A stretch of 64,000 nt of DNA from Candidatus Iainarchaeum sp. (GTDB taxonomy: Archaea > Iainarchaeota > Iainarchaeia > Iainarchaeales > VGJJ01), in contig JACQJG010000018.1 in NCBI GenBank assembly GCA_016198125.1, positions 2,843 to 66,842 of the forward strand, given 5' to 3'. The notes under the pieces were generated by a model. The model had not been told where the DNA came from and did not search any database. It saw nothing but the letters and a program-made list of their open reading frames with translations. The position numbers were made by a program, and so were the translations under genes. How positions within the stretch are numbered: the first letter of the stretch is position 1; every line of letters begins with the position of its first letter. This document shows, in pieces, positions 58,129 to 64,000 of this stretch.

Positions 58129-58476
58129 ATGCCAAAGCACTTGGTCGCGTTTTTGGGGATTGGGAAGGGCAGTTGGGGTCATGTGGCGCGGTTAATTGCC
58201 GAGGAGTCTTTTGATGCCATTACGCTTATTTCCAATGAATGGGGCAGGCAGAATTTTACGCCCAAGAAGCCTGTGAACTGGTTGATGGTCAACACGCGTG
58301 CAAGTTTTGAATTGCTGAAAAGCGAGTTGAGTGAAAAGCTTCCATCCGGGGAACTGGTAGTGTCGCTTATTTCAGGTTCTGGAAAAGAGCACATTGCCTT
58401 GTTGGCCGCGCTCAAGGAGCGCAAGCAGGAATACCAGTTGGTGGTTCTTACTGGAGAGGGCACCAAATACTTTTAA
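58129..58476 (+). CDS. Conserved small Rossmann/CARF-like protein
   Basis: LVAFLGIGKGSWGHV and VSLISGSGKEH patterns. Confidence 0.6.
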   Translation: MPKHLVAFLGIGKGSWGHVARLIAEESFDAITLISNEWGRQNFTPKKPVNWLMVNTRASFELLKSELSEKLPSGELVVSLISGSGKEHIALLAALKERKQEYQLVVLTGEGTKYF

Positions 58477-58497
58477 TGGGCTTGAGTTGATTGACCC

Positions 58498-58860
58498 ATG
58501 GACTTTTTTTTCCTTGTGTTTTTGGCCGCGCTTGTTTTTGGCATTGGGTTTTTCTTGGCGCTTGCATATGCCTTTCACGTGCGCAACGCGTTGAGCGAAG
58601 TGTCTTTTGCCAAGGACAGCCAGTCCGTAAAGTATGGGAAGCTGTCCGAGCAGTGGATTCCGTTTTCGGAGCGCTTCCCTTATTCCAGGGAAAATTTTCG
58701 TTTCATTGGTTCTCCCATTGACGGCATTGCATTTGAGGATGAAAAAATTGTTTTCGTTGAATTCAAGTCAAATTCCTCTCCATTGTCCCGGCGCCAGGAA
58801 AATGTTAAACGTTTGGTAAACGAAAAACGCGTGGAATGGTTTGAATTGCGCGCCAAGTGA
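58498..58860 (+). CDS. Membrane-anchored Holliday junction resolvase-like PD-(D/E)xK endonuclease
   Basis: N-terminal TM; GKLSEQ..P, FIGSPIDGIAF, FVEFKS, LS.RQ. Confidence 0.85.
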   Translation: MDFFFLVFLAALVFGIGFFLALAYAFHVRNALSEVSFAKDSQSVKYGKLSEQWIPFSERFPYSRENFRFIGSPIDGIAFEDEKIVFVEFKSNSSPLSRRQENVKRLVNEKRVEWFELRAK

Positions 58861-58874
58861 AGTTGGCGCTAACT

Positions 58875-59933
58875 TTACCTTATTTTGAACCGGAGCAGTG
58901 CCCCAACCCCGCTTAGCCCGTCCAATTGTTTTCCAGGGTCGTGTTCGCTTGCAAGAATGTGCGCGTTTGCGTGCGTGGACTCTGCAAGGTCCAATAATGC
59001 TTCGGCTTCTTTCTTGTTTTCTGCAAGGAGTTTGTCGGTTAACAGGAGTTCTTCTACAGCGCCCATTTCAAGGGCTTCGCGCACATCTTGTATTCCATAT
59101 GCAATCAGCCCCCTGTTTTTTCCAAGTTCTTCCAGTATTTTTTCAATGAGTTTTGCGTCTTTGGCTATTTCCATTTCGTGAATGGTGCGTTCAATAATTC
59201 CCTGGGTTAACAGTTCATGCATGCCCGTGGTTCCGGTGGAGTTCAACGATTCGAATACGAGTGTTTTTTCGCGTTGCAGTTGTTCCATTTTGTGGGTTTT
59301 TTCAAGCCATTTTTGAAGGTTGTTTTTCGTGAACCCTGGGCCTGCAACCACGGTTTTTTTCAGGGGGCTTTCTTTTATTTTTTCAAAGAGTTCCTGGTAG
59401 TATTTTTCAACGCTTCCTTCTCCGTGCATGCGTTTTCCTGTTTTGAATCCTTGCACGCGGAATTTTTCCTGCAACCCGTAATCGGATAGTTCTGCGAAAT
59501 CCGCTTGTTCGTCGTCCAAAACGCACAACAGGACTTTTGGTTTTTTCATGGACTGTTCTGCTTTTCTCAAACGGTCAACTTGGTAGGCCTTCCATTGTTC
59601 TTTTTTTACGCGTAATGGTTTTCCAAGTTCTGCTTCCAGGGAATGAAAGGCGTGCAATTCAACCAGTTCTGCCGGGCTTCCATATTCAATGGTTCCATTG
59701 ATGCGCAGGCTTTCCGAGTGGCGCTGGAATTCAACGTTTTGCACGCGGATTTGCAGGTTCATGGCAATGCGTTTGGCTTTTTCGCCTTCTTCTTTTCCCT
59801 TGATTTTCCGGTCCGTGCTGCCGCTCACCAGGTCTCCTTTTTCAATGACTTTTTCCAGGTGCCATAAGTCATCCAATACCTGGGGCACAAGCGTCATTTC
59901 TTGTTCTTTCATGTTCACGCGCGCGATTTTCAT
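58875..59933 (-). CDS. pelA: Pelota/Dom34 ribosome rescue factor
   Basis: DDLWHL, AGPGFTK, AYG, GAVEELL, ALLRF. Confidence 0.95.
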   Translation of the reverse strand: MKIARVNMKEQEMTLVPQVLDDLWHLEKVIEKGDLVSGSTDRKIKGKEEGEKAKRIAMNLQIRVQNVEFQRHSESLRINGTIEYGSPAELVELHAFHSLEAELGKPLRVKKEQWKAYQVDRLRKAEQSMKKPKVLLCVLDDEQADFAELSDYGLQEKFRVQGFKTGKRMHGEGSVEKYYQELFEKIKESPLKKTVVAGPGFTKNNLQKWLEKTHKMEQLQREKTLVFESLNSTGTTGMHELLTQGIIERTIHEMEIAKDAKLIEKILEELGKNRGLIAYGIQDVREALEMGAVEELLLTDKLLAENKKEAEALLDLAESTHANAHILASEHDPGKQLDGLSGVGALLRFKIR

Positions 59934-59983
59934 ATGAACCCAACACTTAACCTTTTTAAGGCCTTTTAACCCTTTTCCTTTTT

Positions 59984-60175
59984 ATGGTTGCGCGCATGGG
60001 CCTTGGATTGGTGGGAGTGGGATTGATCCTGCTTTTGGGCGTTTTTTCATGGCTTGGCGGTTTTGCGAATCCCTTGAATGCCGTGCTGGGCATGGTGAGT
60101 GCAGTGGTGTTGGGTATAGTGGTGTTGGTGGGCGCTTCCCTTGTTTTTGTGGGATGGTTTTTTCTTTCAGGCTGA
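59984..60175 (+). CDS. Small membrane protein
   Basis: Two hydrophobic helices. Confidence 0.55.
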   Translation: MVARMGLGLVGVGLILLLGVFSWLGGFANPLNAVLGMVSAVVLGIVVLVGASLVFVGWFFLSG

Positions 60176-60198
60176 ATTTTTTTGCAGGTTGAACGTTT

Positions 60199-61995
60199 AT
60201 GGGTTCCATTATTCCGCAGGGGCGCGTGCGCATTGCAGTGTTGGACAAGGCCGTGTGCATTAACGGCCAGGGGTGTGACTTGTTGTGCCAGCGCGTGTGC
60301 CCGGTCAACAAGGTTGGAAAGGATTGCATTACGGTTGGTTCAGACAATAAACCTGTGATTTCAGAGGAGTTGTGCATTGGGTGCAAGATTTGCGAGCACA
60401 AGTGTCCGGTGAAATGTATTTCCATTGTGAATCTTTCCATGGACCTTGGAAGGCCCTTGCACTCGTTTGGCGAGAACAGTTTTCGCCTGCACCGCCTGCC
60501 GGTTCCAAAGCAGGGGCAGGTAGTGGGTTTGATTGGCCGCAATGGCATTGGGAAGTCCACTGCATTTAAAGTGCTTTCAAACCACCTTGTGCCCAACTTG
60601 GGAGCGTTTTCAAATGAAGCTCCCGCGCGTGAGGCCGTGCTTTCCGCGTTCAAGGGCAAGGAGTTGTACCCGTGGTTTTTCCTGTTGTACAACAAGGGAT
60701 TGAAGACTGCGTTCAAGCCCCAGCAAGTGGACGTGTTAGGCCGGGCGTTGAAGGGTTCGGTGCAGGATGTGTTACGGAAAGCAGACGAAACCAACCGTTT
60801 TGATGCAGTGGTGAAGGCATTGCATTTGGAGGCATTGCTTGAACGTGAAGTGTCTCACTTGTCTGGAGGCGAACTTCAAAAGCTTGCCATTGGCATTGCC
60901 GGGTTGAGAAAAGCCGGGGTTTACTTTTTTGATGAACCTTCTTCTTACTTGGATATTCGCGAGCGTTTGCGCAGTGCAACGTTTATTCGAAGCCTGGCCC
61001 GGGACGCGGCAGTGTTCGTGGTAGAGCATGACCTCATTCTGTTAGACTATTTGAGTGAGTACGTGCACTTGTTGTATGGAAAACCGAGCGTGTTTGGCGT
61101 GGTATCCCAAGTGAAGGGGGTGAGGGAGGGGTTGAATACGTACCTGGAAGGATATTCCAGGGAAGAGAATTACCGTTTTCGTGCTTTTCCCATTGAATTT
61201 GAAGTAAGAGACGCTCGAACGTATGCACAGGGCGTTAAAAAAGTGGAATGGCCTGGGCTTTTCAAGCGCCTGGATTCTTTTTCACTGGAAGTGGAGCCCA
61301 ACGGGTTGAATGCAGGAGAAGTGGTTGGAGTAGTGGGCCCCAACGGCATTGGAAAAACCACGTTTGTGAAAATGCTTGCAGGCGTTTTAACTCCTGATAA
61401 AGGAACGGTTCCAGCGCATGTATCCGTGGCCTACAAGCCGCAGTATGTGGAAGGCCATTCTCCTGAAAGCGTTGAAAGCGTTTTGCGGTCCAAAATTCCT
61501 GGGTTTGATTCCAAGGAATTTCACAATGGAATCGGTATTCCATTGGAGTTAAACGCATTGCTTGACCGTCCTTTGAACGTGCTTTCAGGGGGGGAATTGC
61601 AGCGCGTGGCCCTTGCCTTGTGTTTGGGTTTGGAGGCTGAATTGTATGTATTGGATGAGCCTTCTGCCCACTTGGATGTGGAACAGCGGTTGGCGGTTGT
61701 GAAAGCATTGCGTGGCGTTGCAGACCAGCGCAAGGCTTCCATGCTGGTAGTAGACCATGATTTATTGTTCTTGGATTACGCGGCAGACCGTTTAATGGTG
61801 TTTTCAGGCGAGCCTGCGGTTCAAGGCAAAGGCGTTGGGCCTTTACCCATGGAGGAGGGCATGAACGTGTTGTTGAAAGAGTTGGGCATTACTCTTAGAA
61901 GAGACTCTTCTTCTCACAGGCCGCGCATCAACAAACCAGGGTCTCAAAAGGACGAAGAACAAAAAGCCAGCGGGCACTATTATTATACAAACTGA
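60199..61995 (+). CDS. rli: Ribosome recycling ATPase ABCE1/Rli1
   Basis: N-terminal Fe-S Cys motifs, two ABC domains (GIGKS/T, LSGGELQ, DEPS), RPRINK. Confidence 0.96.
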   Translation: MGSIIPQGRVRIAVLDKAVCINGQGCDLLCQRVCPVNKVGKDCITVGSDNKPVISEELCIGCKICEHKCPVKCISIVNLSMDLGRPLHSFGENSFRLHRLPVPKQGQVVGLIGRNGIGKSTAFKVLSNHLVPNLGAFSNEAPAREAVLSAFKGKELYPWFFLLYNKGLKTAFKPQQVDVLGRALKGSVQDVLRKADETNRFDAVVKALHLEALLEREVSHLSGGELQKLAIGIAGLRKAGVYFFDEPSSYLDIRERLRSATFIRSLARDAAVFVVEHDLILLDYLSEYVHLLYGKPSVFGVVSQVKGVREGLNTYLEGYSREENYRFRAFPIEFEVRDARTYAQGVKKVEWPGLFKRLDSFSLEVEPNGLNAGEVVGVVGPNGIGKTTFVKMLAGVLTPDKGTVPAHVSVAYKPQYVEGHSPESVESVLRSKIPGFDSKEFHNGIGIPLELNALLDRPLNVLSGGELQRVALALCLGLEAELYVLDEPSAHLDVEQRLAVVKALRGVADQRKASMLVVDHDLLFLDYAADRLMVFSGEPAVQGKGVGPLPMEEGMNVLLKELGITLRRDSSSHRPRINKPGSQKDEEQKASGHYYYTN

Positions 61996-61997
61996 CG

Positions 61998-62117
61998 CTA
62001 CCTGCCAACCACCAGTCCAACGGATTGTTGGGCGATGACATAGGCAATTCCCAGGAGTAGTGCAAGGGTTAAAACGAGCATGATTTTTTCAAATAATTTG
62101 AAGGACAGCTCGCCCAT
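61998..62117 (-). CDS. Tiny single-TM peptide (39 aa; not in the ORF track)
   Basis: MGELSFKLFEKIMLVLTLALLLGIAYVIAQQSVGLVVGR. Confidence 0.45.
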   Translation of the reverse strand: MGELSFKLFEKIMLVLTLALLLGIAYVIAQQSVGLVVGR

Positions 62118-62193
62118 AAGCAAACAACTAAGGGCGGGTGATATTTATACGTTTCTATTTTGCGTTTGAATGCATGCATAAGGCAGTCGGGCA

Positions 62194-63720
62194 TCACGTG
62201 TAACACGCTTTAATGCTGTATGTGAGTGTTTCTTTGGAGTGGGGTTTTACGTGCGCCGTGAACTCGTAATCAAGCGTGTTTCCATAATTTGGAGGGGTGC
62301 TTCCGATTTTTTCGTAGGGGTGCGTGGACTCGCTTATTACAACGTCTCCATACGCGTGCTCAAGGACTTTTACGGTGACTTCCTGGTCTTTGCTGTTTGT
62401 GAGTGTGGTTTCATACTTTGAAAGCGTGCACTTCAGGGAAGTGTTTTCCTGGCTGGTGAGTTTGCGTTCTCCTTTCAGGTCAAACGCGTTTCCAAGGGTG
62501 AGTGTGACTTCATTGTCCTGCCCGGTGTTGGCAATCAAGTCTTCTCCTGCAAACTGAATCGCAGAATCTTTTCCTGTTTGGTAGAAGCGTGCAATTCCGC
62601 TTGGAAGAGGAATGCCCAACCCGTTCTCTTTTGTATTCTTGAATTTAATGGTGTTCGTAACCTTTTCTCCGTTGTACTGCCCGTCATACGCGTATTCCTG
62701 CGTGTAACTTACATTGCTGGACTTGAACAAAGTAATGTCTGTAGAAGACTGGTCTTGAATGCTTACAGGGGCTGTGAGCGCGTATTCATAGTATTCTCCC
62801 AATTCCGTGGGGGCATTGAATCCTTCAATGCCTGCAGTTGCAGGTGCTCCGGCTGCATCAAAGGCTTTTTGGAATGTCCTGGGATAGCCTTGGCTTACTG
62901 TTCGAAGGTCTCCTGCCACAATTTTAAGCTGTACATTTTCATAGGATGCTCCCGCGTTGTTAGTCAGGTGCGCATTGGCAGTAAGGTCCAGCGTATTGTT
63001 TTCCTTCAATTGAAGAGTATAGGCTCCACTCCAGGTCATTCCGGTTGTGAGGTATGCGAGTTGCGTGTCATACGTGTTTGGCGCAGGCGCGTTCACTACC
63101 AGGGTTAACGTGGGCTGCGTGGAAAGCGTTCCTGAAACGTCAGGAAAGGTAATGCTTTGCACGTTGTAAATGCTTACAATTCCATTGCCTGTTTCAAGTC
63201 CAATGGGATTGGTGAAAATGAGTTTTCCTGTAATGGTTTTGTTTTCATTCTTTGAATCGGTTTCTACGGTAATGGTTTGATTCAGGTATTTTTCCAGTAA
63301 TTTTTCCTGGCTTGCCACGTCATAGGAATACGTGTGCTGCACCAATTGGGCCTTGTTTCCTGAAAGGTCTTGGAACAGCACGGTTTCCGCGTTTAATTGC
63401 TTGGCCACGGAATCCCATGCAATTGTATTTATTCCCTGAACCAGCGTGAGAGGCCTTTTTTCTTTTACGAGTGCAAGGTTTTGCTGGTAAACCGTTAATT
63501 CCACGTTTTGGTTCTGGGTTTGCTGGAAATTCGCGGTTGGAGTGTTGGGTTGTTGCACATGCACTCCTTGCAGGGCGCTGTATTCCATGGACGCTTGGGG
63601 TTTAAGCGTGTCACTGTTTGAAGTTTCTTGAAGGGTAAGTGCAAGGCCCAAGGCAATGATTCCAATGACAAGCGCAATTCCAAGCGTTCTCATGTACTCC
63701 ATTTTCATACCCCTATTCAA
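62194..63720 (-). CDS. DUF4139/DUF4140 domain secreted protein
   Basis: N-terminal TM; LTVYQQNLALVKE, YLTTGMTW...Y, LGIPLPSG, GED motifs. Confidence 0.85.
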   Translation of the reverse strand: MNRGMKMEYMRTLGIALVIGIIALGLALTLQETSNSDTLKPQASMEYSALQGVHVQQPNTPTANFQQTQNQNVELTVYQQNLALVKEKRPLTLVQGINTIAWDSVAKQLNAETVLFQDLSGNKAQLVQHTYSYDVASQEKLLEKYLNQTITVETDSKNENKTITGKLIFTNPIGLETGNGIVSIYNVQSITFPDVSGTLSTQPTLTLVVNAPAPNTYDTQLAYLTTGMTWSGAYTLQLKENNTLDLTANAHLTNNAGASYENVQLKIVAGDLRTVSQGYPRTFQKAFDAAGAPATAGIEGFNAPTELGEYYEYALTAPVSIQDQSSTDITLFKSSNVSYTQEYAYDGQYNGEKVTNTIKFKNTKENGLGIPLPSGIARFYQTGKDSAIQFAGEDLIANTGQDNEVTLTLGNAFDLKGERKLTSQENTSLKCTLSKYETTLTNSKDQEVTVKVLEHAYGDVVISESTHPYEKIGSTPPNYGNTLDYEFTAHVKPHSKETLTYSIKACYT

Positions 63721-63805
63721 TAGTAGTATGCAGGCGCCGCCTATTTAATCCTTTTTATTTTTAACGGGAAAACCCTTTTCATGGTTTTCGTTTAATATAC
63801 CTCAT

Positions 63806-64000
63806 ATGAGCGAGCGCACCGTTTTATGGTTGAATGACCTGCAGAAGGCATGGGAGTCTGCAGTGGAACGCTTAACCGTATCATATATGCGTCCCTGTGT
63901 GTTTTTTTCAGGGGGGTTGGATTCATCCTGGATTGCCTTTTCGCTTAAACGCCTTTTTCCTTCAATGCCGTTGGTGGTTGTGGGCTTGAAGGGCTGTTTG
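63806..64000 (+). CDS. Asparagine synthase-like PP-loop protein, partial (runs off window edge)
   Basis: Hand translation MSERTVLW...FFSGGLDSSWIA. Confidence 0.7.
   Translation, partial: MSERTVLWLNDLQKAWESAVERLTVSYMRPCVFFSGGLDSSWIAFSLKRLFPSMPLVVVGLKGCL

Noticed and set aside
1-64000. CRISPR array, rRNA, integrase or transposase
   Set aside because: No regularly spaced repeats, rRNA-like segment or recombinase/transposase motifs were seen.

Overview
This is a 64-kb segment of an archaeal chromosome. Gene content and style point to a DPANN lineage; Iainarchaeota/Diapherotrites-like is an inference. Housekeeping blocks: srp54-ftsY-prefoldin-LX-eIF6-L31e-L39e-PDCD5-S19e-Rpp21; dnaG, hjc, RbgA-like GTPase, pth2; nurA, herA, rad50, rpo6, S17e, EF-1beta; CCA-adding enzyme, pilus ATPase, ThpR, Elp3, pelota, ABCE1. 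There are five tRNAs (all three Gly isoacceptors, Val-TAC, Arg-TCG), several flanked by accessory islands carrying PEP-utilizer His-domain genes, a TauD-like dioxygenase and a PIN toxin-antitoxin pair; a second PIN pair lies between nurA and herA. Most notable: (1) a lipA-pdhAB-[His-motif membrane protein, CcdA/DsbD, ATP-cone]-pdhC-lplAB cluster with no E3 gene in the window; (2) about ten orphan proteins sharing an Arg/Lys/Pro-rich, non-hydrophobic N-terminal leader, several carrying enzyme-like domains; (3) a bacterial-type MetK with a 450-aa LAGLIDADG intein; (4) a catalytically eroded PolB2-like protein between herA and rad50; (5) structured, motif-sharing 3' trailers of two tRNA-Gly genes; (6) an ArcE-like arginine synthetase; (7) a CARF-like protein next to a membrane-anchored nuclease. 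All calls come from motif recognition by eye; no searches were run.
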